Assembly: GCA_041891055.1 (NCBI GenBank)
Contig: CP169074.1
Span: 608,001-672,000 of the forward strand
DNA: 64,000 nt
Direction of reading: 5' to 3'
Source of the DNA: Halorutilales archaeon Cl-col2-1
Lineage (GTDB): Archaea; Halobacteriota; Halobacteria; Halobacteriales; Afararchaeaceae
Part shown: positions 19,380-28,316 of the stretch, one piece after another
Layout: every line of letters begins with the position of its first letter
Position numbering within the stretch: the first letter of the stretch is position 1
Program-made: the position numbers and the translations under genes
Notes under the pieces: model-generated
What the model was told of the DNA's origin: nothing
What the model saw: only the letters and a program-made list of their open reading frames with translations
Database searches by the model: none

Positions 19380-19841
19380 TTATCCCCAGAAGTTGTCGCG
19401 GCTTCCAAGCGCAGGGTCGTCTGTCTCGGATTCTGTCTCGGTCTCTGTCTCGGAGGCGTCCTCGTCGTCCGACTCGACAATCTTCTCGTCGGCGTCGTCA
19501 GGGAGTCTCTCTATGAGCTTCGATCTAGCGTAGGAGTTTTTGACCTCGGAGACACGTGCACGTACCTTGACACCCGGGACTACTCCATCTACGAGTATTA
19601 TGAAGCCGTCGTCTGTTCTTCCGAGCCCTTCACCGCTCTGATGTATGTCGGTTATCTCGACTACGACCTCATCTCCGACACTCACGGGCTGTTTACGTGG
19701 AAGCTCTACGCCACATTTCCAGCAGTGAGGCTCGAAGTCGTCAGAGTCAGGAGGAGCGTTCCTCGCGGTACATCTGCTTCTGGGACACGCGAGGTACTCT
19801 TCGTGTCTGTCTGGGTCGTAACGGTTAGAGGCTCGGGGCAT
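19380..19841 (-). CDS. TRAM-domain protein with N-terminal Cys motifs
   Basis: CPRSRC...CWKCG, then PVSVGDEVVVEITDIHQSGEGLGRTDDGFIILV. Confidence 0.85.
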   Translation of the reverse strand: MPRASNRYDPDRHEEYLACPRSRCTARNAPPDSDDFEPHCWKCGVELPRKQPVSVGDEVVVEITDIHQSGEGLGRTDDGFIILVDGVVPGVKVRARVSEVKNSYARSKLIERLPDDADEKIVESDDEDASETETETESETDDPALGSRDNFWG

Positions 19842-19894
19842 TGCTCCTAAGTAGTACGTCTACTCGGAAAGGTCTTTCCTGTCTGAGTCGGGTC

Positions 19895-19960
19895 TCAGTA
19901 GACGAGCTCCTCCTCGTTCTGTGCGATATACAGGACACGTGAGGCGATGTTGACCGAGTG
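19895..19960 (-). pseudogene. phoU: phoU C-terminal remnant (21 codons)
   Basis: HSVNIASRVLYIAQNEEELVY* resembles the haloarchaeal PhoU C-terminus (after ERxGD); lies directly after pstB; no start codon. Confidence 0.7.
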
Positions 19961-19995
19961 GAGTCGTAGTCTCTCGTTTCCGACTTCTTTCTGTC

Positions 19996-20874
19996 TTATC
20001 CGAACTTGCCAGTGATGTAATCCTCTACGCGCTGACTCTCGGGGTTCTCGAATATCTTGTTCGTCTCGTCGTACTCGACGAGTTCACCGCCGGTGAGGAA
20101 GACGGCTGTACGGTCGGAGATACGTGCCGCCTGCTGCATGTTATGTGTCACAATTACGACTGTGTAGTCCTCGGATAGCTCCTCTACGAGGTCTTCTATC
20201 TTCGAGGTGGCGATCGGGTCGAGAGCACTTGCGGGCTCGTCCATCAGGAGAACGTTAGGGTCGACCGCTATCGCTCGTGCGATACAGAGACGCTGCTGCT
20301 GTCCTCCCGAGAGGTCGAGAGCACTCTTGTCGAGCTGATCCTTGACTTCGTCCCAGAGTGCGGCGCGTTTGAGAGCGCGTTCTACACGTTCGTCCATGTT
20401 GTCGGTTATCCCCTGTATACGCAGACCGTAGGCGATATTGTCGTAGATGCTCTTCGGGAACGGATTAGGGTGCTGGAAGACCATACCTATACGACGTCGG
20501 AGCGCGACGGGGTCTATGTCGTTGCCGTAGATGTCAGTTCCGTTGAGGAGTAGCTCACCCTCAATCCTCGCCGACTCTACGAGGTCATTCATCCGGTTGA
20601 TACATCTGAGGAAGGTCGACTTACCACAGCCTGACGGACCAATTATCGCAGTGACTTGGTTCCCGGGAATACGCAGACTCGCATCCTGTATGGCTTCTTC
20701 CTCGCCATAGTAGACAGTTAGGTTGCGCGACTCTATGACGGCGTCGTCTGGATCGACGCTCCCGGGAGATCCCTCTCCTTCCGACTCGACGCCGGTGTCT
20801 ATCAACGGTGTGTCAGTCTGTTCGTCTTCGGTCTCAGTCATCTTCGACTCCTTCTGTGTTTCGTCTTGACTCAT
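19996..20874 (-). CDS. pstB: phosphate ABC transporter ATP-binding protein
   Basis: [30 protein letters not shown]. Confidence 0.97.
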   Translation of the reverse strand: MSQDETQKESKMTETEDEQTDTPLIDTGVESEGEGSPGSVDPDDAVIESRNLTVYYGEEEAIQDASLRIPGNQVTAIIGPSGCGKSTFLRCINRMNDLVESARIEGELLLNGTDIYGNDIDPVALRRRIGMVFQHPNPFPKSIYDNIAYGLRIQGITDNMDERVERALKRAALWDEVKDQLDKSALDLSGGQQQRLCIARAIAVDPNVLLMDEPASALDPIATSKIEDLVEELSEDYTVVIVTHNMQQAARISDRTAVFLTGGELVEYDETNKIFENPESQRVEDYITGKFG

Positions 20875-20880
20875 TTCGTA

Positions 20881-22500
20881 TCACTCACGTTCGTACCTGT
20901 TTCGTATGACCACAGCCGTCGCGTTCATCACGAGCATCAGAACCAGCAAGACAACAGCTGTCGCCGGGACGATTCCGTGTCTGAAAGCGGCGTCGACGTT
21001 GCTCCTCGCGGCGAATATCTGGAGAGGCAGTGCAGTAGCCGACGAGAAGAGGCCTTCAGGCGGGGAATAGGTCGTCGTAGCTACGGATATTATCACGAGC
21101 GGGGCTGTCTCACCGATGGCGCGTGCGAGAGCGAGTATAGTCCCTGTGAGTATCCCCGGAATAGCCTCAGGAAGGACGACGTTCCGGAGTGTCTGCCATC
21201 TGCTCGCACCTATTCCGTAAGATGCCTGGCGAACAGAGTCGGGGACAGAACGGATAGCCTCCTGTGACGAGACGACAACTATTGGGAGTATGAGAAGTGC
21301 GAGCGTGCCCGATGCCGAGACTACGACTCCTGTTCCGAAGCTGAGCGTGTTTCTGAAGAGCGCGAGACCCAGGAGTCCGTAGACTACGGACGGGACTCCC
21401 GCGAGGTTCGAGATATTGACCTCAAGTACGGTCGCCAGACGCCCTCTCCATCCCGAGTTAGGAGCGTACTCCTCAAGGTAGACAGCCGCTCCAACTCCGA
21501 TTGGAAACGCGAGCACGGACATGAATCCGACTATGACTATCGAGCCGACTATCTGGGGATAGACTCCGGCTTCGCTCGCTGAGAGCCCGTTCCACGAGCT
21601 GAGAAGAAGGGTAGGCGTGAGGTAGCCTTCGAGTCCCTGTATGCCGAGGAGACGTTCGAGATACGCACCTACCAGTACGCCGCCTACGACTATGAAGGGT
21701 CCAAGGACTCCGGTTTTACCCTCGTCTCTGACAGCCGTCAAGACGAAGTAAGCTACGGGAGCCACGAAAGACGAGAAGATGACGACCCAGAACGACGGAT
21801 TAGTTCCCGTGACGAGGAGACCACCTGCGACGGTCAACGCACCAATGGCTACCGAGGCGGATGTTCTCAGACCGTGGCGTCGTGACTTACGGCGCGACCC
21901 TATTCCGCCTAAGAGTAACGCGGCAGGAACCGTCACTATCCCGAAGTAGGCTATCCATTCAGCCGCTATTCCCACGACTGGACGGACGAAGTCGTAGAGC
22001 CCAGCTGCGACACCGACTCCGACAATCACCGAGACGGGAACAGCGGGACCTGTGTACCTCCTGTCTCCTCTCGTGCGTCCGTAGAGTATAACCAGAGCCG
22101 GCGGAACACCTCCGAATACCAGGTAGACGAGGATGTCGTACGGACTGACTGCGTCGGCGACTACGTATGTCACGAGAGCCACCGTTAGGCTACCGAAGAA
22201 GACGCCGAACGACATCGCGTTAGTCGACCGGACTTTGGGATGTCTCCGGGCGTAGACGGTGAAGGCAGCGGTCGGAGCCACGAGAACACCGAAGTAGAGA
22301 AGATACCACCGGGCGGAAGCCGTCAGAGGTCTGAAGGCGTCGAATCCTATGTATCCGAAGAGTACTACGAGAGAGAGTATGCCTATCAGGGTCGCAAACA
22401 GGAGAACCGCCTCGAAGACGCCGTCTCTGATACGTCTGAGACGTGACTCCTTGGCGTTTCTTATACCCTCGACGCCCGTGTCGGTGTCTTGAGCTGCCAT
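20881..22500 (-). CDS. pstA: phosphate ABC transporter permease
   Basis: YLEEYA, NLAGVPSVVYG, ARAIGETAPL; long haloarchaeal-type N-terminal membrane extension. Confidence 0.95.
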   Translation of the reverse strand: MAAQDTDTGVEGIRNAKESRLRRIRDGVFEAVLLFATLIGILSLVVLFGYIGFDAFRPLTASARWYLLYFGVLVAPTAAFTVYARRHPKVRSTNAMSFGVFFGSLTVALVTYVVADAVSPYDILVYLVFGGVPPALVILYGRTRGDRRYTGPAVPVSVIVGVGVAAGLYDFVRPVVGIAAEWIAYFGIVTVPAALLLGGIGSRRKSRRHGLRTSASVAIGALTVAGGLLVTGTNPSFWVVIFSSFVAPVAYFVLTAVRDEGKTGVLGPFIVVGGVLVGAYLERLLGIQGLEGYLTPTLLLSSWNGLSASEAGVYPQIVGSIVIVGFMSVLAFPIGVGAAVYLEEYAPNSGWRGRLATVLEVNISNLAGVPSVVYGLLGLALFRNTLSFGTGVVVSASGTLALLILPIVVVSSQEAIRSVPDSVRQASYGIGASRWQTLRNVVLPEAIPGILTGTILALARAIGETAPLVIISVATTTYSPPEGLFSSATALPLQIFAARSNVDAAFRHGIVPATAVVLLVLMLVMNATAVVIRNRYERE

Positions 22501-23501
22501 TATTCGTACTCCTCCCTGAACCGTCTTCGGACGAGTTCAGCTAAGACGTTCATTCCAAGTGTGATCACGAAGAGTGTCATTCCGAGCGCGAACATCGCCT
22601 CGTAGGTAACCCCGCCGAGTGAGTCAGCACCCGCTATCTGTACCATAGCCGCAGTGATAGTCTGGCTCGACTCGGCGAGATTCCGGAGGACGTCTGGGAA
22701 GTAGGGCATCTGTGGACTCATCCCCATCGCCATAGTCACCGCCATCGTCTCACCTATTGCGCGCGAGATTGCGAGGACGTAAGAAGCGACTATACCCGAC
22801 GTCGCCGCGGGGACGACTACCTTCGTTGAGACGTCGAACTTAGTCGATCCCAGACCGTATGCGGCTTCACGGAGACTGTCGGGAACCGCGCTCAGGGCGT
22901 CCTCGCTGATCGATGATACCATGGGTATTATCATTATTCCCACGACGATACTCGCCGACAGAACATTGAAGGTACCGAGAGATGGGAAGACGAGTGTGAA
23001 CTCGGGGAGTAGGGGGACTCCGGGCGGTATAAGACGCACCGAGACGGGGAGAAATCCGTCGATCAAGGGGGTGACGTAGACGAGAGCCATGTATCCGTAG
23101 ATAACTGTCGGGACTCCCGCGAGTATCTCAAGAGCTGGCTTCAGGATCGATCTCACTCGGTCGCTCGCGTACTCGCTTAGATAGATAGCAGCGGCGAGTC
23201 CGATAGGGAGTGCTATGAGCGCCGACATGACTGTCACGAGGAGGGTTCCGCTAACGAGAGGCAGAACCCCGTACTCGTTGTTGATTATGGGACTCCAGGA
23301 AGTTCCCGTGAAGAAGTCGAGGGGAGATACATGTGTCCAAAACGTGATAGCCCTCCCCGACAGCGACAGTACGATGCCGACAGTCACGAGTATAGTCAGA
23401 ACCGCACTCGCTGCTATGAGACGTCCATAGAGACGTTCCTTCTTTACTACCATCGAGTTTCTCTGGAGCGAATCAGATACTGAGTCCGGTTCGTTACTCA
23501 T
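22500..23501 (-). CDS. pstC: phosphate ABC transporter permease
   Basis: LEILAGVPTVIYG, SRAIGETMAV. Confidence 0.95.
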   Translation of the reverse strand: MSNEPDSVSDSLQRNSMVVKKERLYGRLIAASAVLTILVTVGIVLSLSGRAITFWTHVSPLDFFTGTSWSPIINNEYGVLPLVSGTLLVTVMSALIALPIGLAAAIYLSEYASDRVRSILKPALEILAGVPTVIYGYMALVYVTPLIDGFLPVSVRLIPPGVPLLPEFTLVFPSLGTFNVLSASIVVGIMIIPMVSSISEDALSAVPDSLREAAYGLGSTKFDVSTKVVVPAATSGIVASYVLAISRAIGETMAVTMAMGMSPQMPYFPDVLRNLAESSQTITAAMVQIAGADSLGGVTYEAMFALGMTLFVITLGMNVLAELVRRRFREEYE

Positions 23502-23566
23502 GTGAGTTCTTTACTGTCCTACTAAGAACAGACGTGTTAAATAATATGTGAATCTACCTTACGAGC

Positions 23567-24601
23567 CTAAGCCGAGTACTCGTACTCTCCGGCTACCGCG
23601 TCTTCGAGGTTTGAGAGATTTTCCTCGATCATCTCTTCGCTACTCGGAACGTATCCTATATCCTCGGAGATGAAGTCCTTGCCAGCCTGGTTGGCGTAGA
23701 ACCGTATGAACTCCTGGAGATGGTTCTTCTCCTGTATCTTGTTCATGTTAGCATAGAAGAAGAGAGGACGTGCGAGAGGGTAGTTGCCGCTCTGTGCGCC
23801 CTCCAGGCTCGGCTCAACGGGGTCGCCGCCGTCCTGACTCAGGCTGAGAGCCTTAGTACTGTCAGGGTTATTTGTGTAGTAAGCGAAAGGCAGGTATCCC
23901 ATCGCGTACTCGTCACCCTCGACTCCCTGGGCTATGAGGTCGTCCTCCTCGGTGCCCTCGAAGTCGCTACGTATCTTGCCCTCTTCTCCGATTACGTTCT
24001 CAGTGAAGTAGTCGAAGGTTCCCGAGGTCGTCGCGGGTCCGTAGAGAGCGATCGGCTCGTCGGGCCAGTCGGAGTTGACGTCCGCCCACGTTTCAGGCTT
24101 GGTGTCTGGAGACCAGATCTCACGTAACGTCTCAATGGATATAGAGTCAATCCAGTCGTTTTCGTTGTTGACGATGACTGTAAGTGCGTCCTGAGCGATG
24201 AAGAACTCGACGGGCTCAAAGCCGTTATCACGACACTGCTGAACCTCTTCCTGTGCGATGGGACGGCTCGCGTTGTTGATGTCGGAGTCGCCGGGTATGA
24301 AGACGTTCCTGAATCCACCAGAGCTCCCGTCACGTGTCAGGTTGAAGCTGACCTCAGGATGGGCAGGTGCAGGCTCGGGTTGATTGAATCTACGGCTCAC
24401 CGCCTGTGCTACCGGATAGACAGTACTACTACCCGAGATACGTATGTCTCCCGAGAGCGTTTCAGAGCCGCCGTCATCTCCTCCTTCGCCGTCATCGCCA
24501 CCTCCGCCTCCATTACTCGTACAGCCCGCGAGTCCAGCGACACCCGCCGCACCTGCCGCCTTGATCAAGTCACGTCTCGAAACTCCGTCTTGGTCTGGCA
24601 T
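23567..24601 (-). CDS. pstS: phosphate-binding Tat lipoprotein
   Basis: SRRDLI Tat motif + LAGC lipobox, GSSTVYP, SGTFDYF; likely start ATG 24601. Confidence 0.95.
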   Translation of the reverse strand: MPDQDGVSRRDLIKAAGAAGVAGLAGCTSNGGGGGDDGEGGDDGGSETLSGDIRISGSSTVYPVAQAVSRRFNQPEPAPAHPEVSFNLTRDGSSGGFRNVFIPGDSDINNASRPIAQEEVQQCRDNGFEPVEFFIAQDALTVIVNNENDWIDSISIETLREIWSPDTKPETWADVNSDWPDEPIALYGPATTSGTFDYFTENVIGEEGKIRSDFEGTEEDDLIAQGVEGDEYAMGYLPFAYYTNNPDSTKALSLSQDGGDPVEPSLEGAQSGNYPLARPLFFYANMNKIQEKNHLQEFIRFYANQAGKDFISEDIGYVPSSEEMIEENLSNLEDAVAGEYEYSA

Positions 24602-24639
24602 CGGTTTTGAGAAGTGCTGAAGCCAAAATAAACCTAACG

Positions 24640-24705
24640 GTATAAATATATATTCAGCTACATATATAGAGTTTTGTGCCATTTAGGTATATACTGCTAT
24701 ATAGA
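24640..24705 (-). promoter_or_regulatory. AT-rich pst promoter with repeated TATATA elements (P-box-like)
   Basis: Four TATATA-type motifs (near 24647, 24662, 24687, 24697) upstream of pstS. Confidence 0.5.
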
Positions 24706-25107
24706 CGCATTTAGTTAACTGTTGAACTGTGAGTTCTTCCATAGGAATCTCGAGACAACCCCCAAAGACTCATAAGTATTAATTGTGATCATTCTAGGGT
24801 ATCGCCCGACAGATGCCACAGACATCCAGAGAAGGAAAATGACAGTAAAAGATATCGCCAGAGAAGACGTCGTGACCGCAGATGGGAAAGAGAGCATAGC
24901 AAACGTATGTGAGATAGTGACATCCTCCGCGCCGTGAACGGCGCGGCTTCCCCTACGAGGGGAATCCGGGCTGGCAGGTTTCAGTCCGAGTACGCCGCGA
25001 GCGTCATCTGCGAGGGTTTCTCGCTCGGCTCACGGTGGACTGTGGCGTTCGCAAGACGTTAGGAGTCTTGCGTGCATACTGGAACACGACGTGTTCCAGA
25101 GGCGGTG

Positions 25108-26274
25108 TCACAACCGCTCCCGTCCCCGCGGCGAGTCATTGCGTCCGGGTTCCCAACGGACGCTCTCTCCCCACGGGTCTACGCGACTGGCGATATTTGC
25201 CGCCGCGTTAATATCTGCTTGGAACTCCGATACGTGGCAGTCGTCGTGCGGACACACAAACTCCGCTTGCTGACTCCGCCGACCGAGACGACCGCAAGCG
25301 TGGCACGTCTGCGAAGTGTACGCGGCGTTCACGTATTCAACGCGAATACCTGCCTCGGTCGCTTTATCCCCAATACGCCCCTGTAGCCGGGCGAATGCCC
25401 AGTTGTGGAGGCGGCGGTTCATCCACTTGCCGTAGTCGAGCTGCTCGCGGATATACGACAAGTCTTCGAGTACGATTACCGGATCATCAAACTGCTTGGT
25501 GTACTCGACAGCCTGCCGAGACGCTTTCTCCACGATATCCGTAAGCGCGTTCTGGTAGTAGTTGAATCGCTCGTCGATCCGCCACTCGGCGGCGTCACGC
25601 TCCTGTAGTCGTTTCAAAGTCGTGTGCATTTCTTTGCGGAGGTGTCGTGCCCGACTGCCACTGACGATCATCGGCTTCCGTGGTACGTCGCGTTTCAGGG
25701 CACAGCCCGTAATCAACGCGCTCTCACCTACGTCGAAGCCGATGTACGTTGGGTTGTCCGGTTCGGTCGGTTCTTCGACCGGGTATTCGACGGTGACGTG
25801 TAACTCCCACGATGTGCGGTGTCGTTGTAGCCGCAACTCGCCTGCCTTCGCGTCTTCGGAGAGTAGGTCGAACCACAGAGATTCCTGTTCTGGATTGATC
25901 CGAAGCGGAATCCAGAAGTTCGTTCCGCGACCGGGCTGTGGAACCTGCCACACGAAGCCGTAGTCACGCTCGTCGGAATAGTCGAAGGTCGCCGCCCGAT
26001 TGACGAACCGTAGCGGATGCTCGTTGTCTAACTCCTCGGCGTTGTACGTCGAATGGAGTTTCGGGACGTAGGATTTGAGCGCGTCTTTGGCTTGGTACGG
26101 CAGGTCGTAGGGCGTCACAACGTCGTTGACGGCAGACATTGTGGTCGCTTCGGCATCGAAAGCGTCGTGGAGAGCGTCGCGGTAGGTGTCCAAGAGCCGC
26201 TGTAGGCGTTGCTCTTTGCCCGTGGTGGGCGTTGCGAGCGTGGCTTGTAGCGTCTTCGTCACCGTTTCGGACAC
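25108..26274 (-). CDS. tnpB: RNA-guided endonuclease TnpB
   Basis: RuvC-I GFDVG, RuvC-II VLEDL, zinc finger CHAC...CPHDDC, RuvC-III ADINAA. Confidence 0.95.
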   Translation of the reverse strand: MSETVTKTLQATLATPTTGKEQRLQRLLDTYRDALHDAFDAEATTMSAVNDVVTPYDLPYQAKDALKSYVPKLHSTYNAEELDNEHPLRFVNRAATFDYSDERDYGFVWQVPQPGRGTNFWIPLRINPEQESLWFDLLSEDAKAGELRLQRHRTSWELHVTVEYPVEEPTEPDNPTYIGFDVGESALITGCALKRDVPRKPMIVSGSRARHLRKEMHTTLKRLQERDAAEWRIDERFNYYQNALTDIVEKASRQAVEYTKQFDDPVIVLEDLSYIREQLDYGKWMNRRLHNWAFARLQGRIGDKATEAGIRVEYVNAAYTSQTCHACGRLGRRSQQAEFVCPHDDCHVSEFQADINAAANIASRVDPWGESVRWEPGRNDSPRGRERL

Positions 26275-26328
26275 GAACTTAGTTATGTGTTAAACAAAAT
26301 TAAGTGTATTGGTGAAATAGACTGTTGT

Positions 26329-26466
26329 ATGCCGAACATCAATTTCGAGGTAGAGGATGACCAGTATGAGCGGTTGAAAGAGACGAAGAAGCGGCACGGG
26401 CTGACGTGGAAAGGAATGATGCTGCACGCCCAACGGGAGTTGGATTCCGACGAGAGCGACGAATAG
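26329..26466 (+). CDS. 45-aa ribbon-helix-helix-like protein inside the IS, divergent from tnpB
   Basis: MPNINFEVEDDQYERLKETKKRHGLTWKGMMLHAQRELDSDESDE*; beta-strand followed by two helices. Confidence 0.7.
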   Translation: MPNINFEVEDDQYERLKETKKRHGLTWKGMMLHAQRELDSDESDE

Positions 26467-26927
26467 CGGCTGTATAGTACCATGTCGGATTCCTTCCCGA
26501 CGTAAACGACGGGATTCCCTCCTTGTAGAAAGATGGAAGACGAGACCGTCGGGAGTGTCGTGATAGAGGAGAACGGCTCTCCTGAGGGGCTCGTGACAGA
26601 CAGGAAGATAGCTATGGAGATGGGGCACGGAGTCGACGGCGGAGCGCCCGTAAGCGAGATAATGACGACCGACCTCGTGACTGCCGACGCAGACGATGGT
26701 GTCTTCGAGGTTCTGAGGACGATGTCGGGCGAGAGTATAAGGAGATGTCCCGTAGTCGAGAACGGCGAACTCGCGGGTATCGTCACACTCGATGACATGG
26801 TAGTACTCCTCAGCGACGAGCTCGCCAACGTCTCGGAGGTCATCACAGGTCAGTCGCCGCCGTATTAGGAGTCGAACAGTAACCAAAGTACCTTAACCTT
26901 TTGTTTGGTTGGATTATATAGGGTAAC

Positions 26928-27995
26928 ATGGAAGAGTCCAGCCTCGACCTCGGAGACAGGAACTCTAAGGATGAAGACCTGGAGTGGTGTTACGACACGG
27001 TCCAGGACGTCTCGCGCACGTTTGCTATCACTGTGGATCTACTCGACGAGCCGATGTCATCGTATATCTGTGTAGGTTATCTCCTCTGCCGTATCGCCGA
27101 TACCGTCGAAGACGCCGGACATATACCCCCCGAGGAACAGGCTGAGATACTCGACAGATACAACGACGTACTTGAAGGAGCCGACCCCGAGGAGTTCGAG
27201 GAAGAGGTCGAGGACTGGATTCCCGACGGGAACGACGACGACTGGAAGCTCGTGGGCAACGCCTCGCGAGTCGTAGGTGTATTCAGGTCGTTCTCGCCCG
27301 AGAGCCGGAAGGCGATACTCCCGCCCGTACAGGAACTCGTAGGTGGGATGTCTGAGTTCGTAGAGAGATACTCGTCGAAGGGCGGTCTACGTATACACTC
27401 AGTCGAGGAGTTAGAGGAGTACTGCTGGTACGTCGCCGGAACCGTAGGCGACCTCATAACTAACCTCGTCGTGAGAGGTGCATCGAAGTCGAAGACAAAG
27501 GTCGATGTTCTGAGACAGAACTCACGTTCGTTCGGTCTCCTCCTCCAGTTGGTCAACGTCGCCAAGGACGTCAGGAAGGACTACGAGGAGGAGAACAACG
27601 TCTATCTCCCCGCTGAGTGGCTCGAAGAGGAGGGCGTAGGACAGGAGGAGGTCGCGGATGAGGAGAACGCCGACGCCGTCGCGAGAGTCGTGAGACGTGT
27701 CGTAGACCGCGCCGAGGGCTATCTCGACGACTCACAGAGATATCTCGAGGAGGTTCCCGAGAAAGACGGCAACAACTTAGAGGCGTGGGCAGTACCTTTC
27801 CTCCTCGCGGTCGCTACACTCCGTGAACTCAGGTCACGTCCGAGTGACGTCGTCTTAGAGGGCGACGTAAAGATATCACGCAGAGAAGTGATGGCAATAA
27901 TAGATGCCTTCACGTCGCCCGACTCCGACGTCGGAAAGGAGTCGATAGGCGACCTCAGAAAAACCGTGTCAAGGAAGCCTTTCCACAGATCCTAG
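26928..27995 (+). CDS. squalene/phytoene synthase family (squalene synthase-like)
   Basis: VSRTFA, YLLCRIADTVED, YCWYVAGTVG, LQLVNVAKD. Confidence 0.9.
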   Translation: MEESSLDLGDRNSKDEDLEWCYDTVQDVSRTFAITVDLLDEPMSSYICVGYLLCRIADTVEDAGHIPPEEQAEILDRYNDVLEGADPEEFEEEVEDWIPDGNDDDWKLVGNASRVVGVFRSFSPESRKAILPPVQELVGGMSEFVERYSSKGGLRIHSVEELEEYCWYVAGTVGDLITNLVVRGASKSKTKVDVLRQNSRSFGLLLQLVNVAKDVRKDYEEENNVYLPAEWLEEEGVGQEEVADEENADAVARVVRRVVDRAEGYLDDSQRYLEEVPEKDGNNLEAWAVPFLLAVATLRELRSRPSDVVLEGDVKISRREVMAIIDAFTSPDSDVGKESIGDLRKTVSRKPFHRS

Positions 27996-28258
27996 CGTGG
28001 GTCTACCTTCCAAGTCGTCGCATTGCTCTGGCTCCATCTCTCTATCGAGACGGGGAGATCCGACTCCTCCGACAGCCTTCCGAGGTTGGCTCCGACCTTC
28101 TTCGCCGAGATTCCGAGGTCGCGGGCAATCTTTTTGCTCTTGAAGAAGACCTTCCCCTCTTCGGATCTCTTTCTGAGATACTCGACGATTGCTCTCCGTT
28201 CGTCATTGTAGTCGTCACGTCGGTGCTTGGAAGCCCGGGCTGTCTGTGTCTGCGACAT
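27992..28258 (-). CDS. small haloarchaeal HTH protein (DUF7123-like)
   Basis: FFKSKKIARDLGISAKKVG...IERWS...TTW. Confidence 0.8.
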   Translation of the reverse strand: MSQTQTARASKHRRDDYNDERRAIVEYLRKRSEEGKVFFKSKKIARDLGISAKKVGANLGRLSEESDLPVSIERWSQSNATTWKVDPR

Positions 28259-28316
28259 CGTAATTCTACATCTGCCCGAAAAACAGTTATAACTGACTTA
28301 GGCTAAAAAGACGGTT

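Larger units (their letters stand above)
24909..26524 (-). mobile_element. IS200/IS605-superfamily (IS1341-type) element without tnpA
   Basis: Left-end hairpin CCCGACGTAAACGACGGG (~26496-26513), right-end hairpin CCGCGCCGTGAACGGCGCGG (24927-24946), right end GGATGTCAC, no TSD. Confidence 0.9.
24839..26868 (+). pseudogene. CBS-domain protein gene interrupted by the TnpB element (24839-24908 + 26525-26868)
   Basis: Joining the flanks gives in-frame MTVKDIAREDVVTADGKESIANVC-RKMEDETVGSVVI..., a 137-aa CBS pair. Confidence 0.9.

Noticed and set aside
18660-19390. Target-site duplication around the IS6
   Set aside because: The flanks (TTTGGGA and GGCTTATC) do not match.
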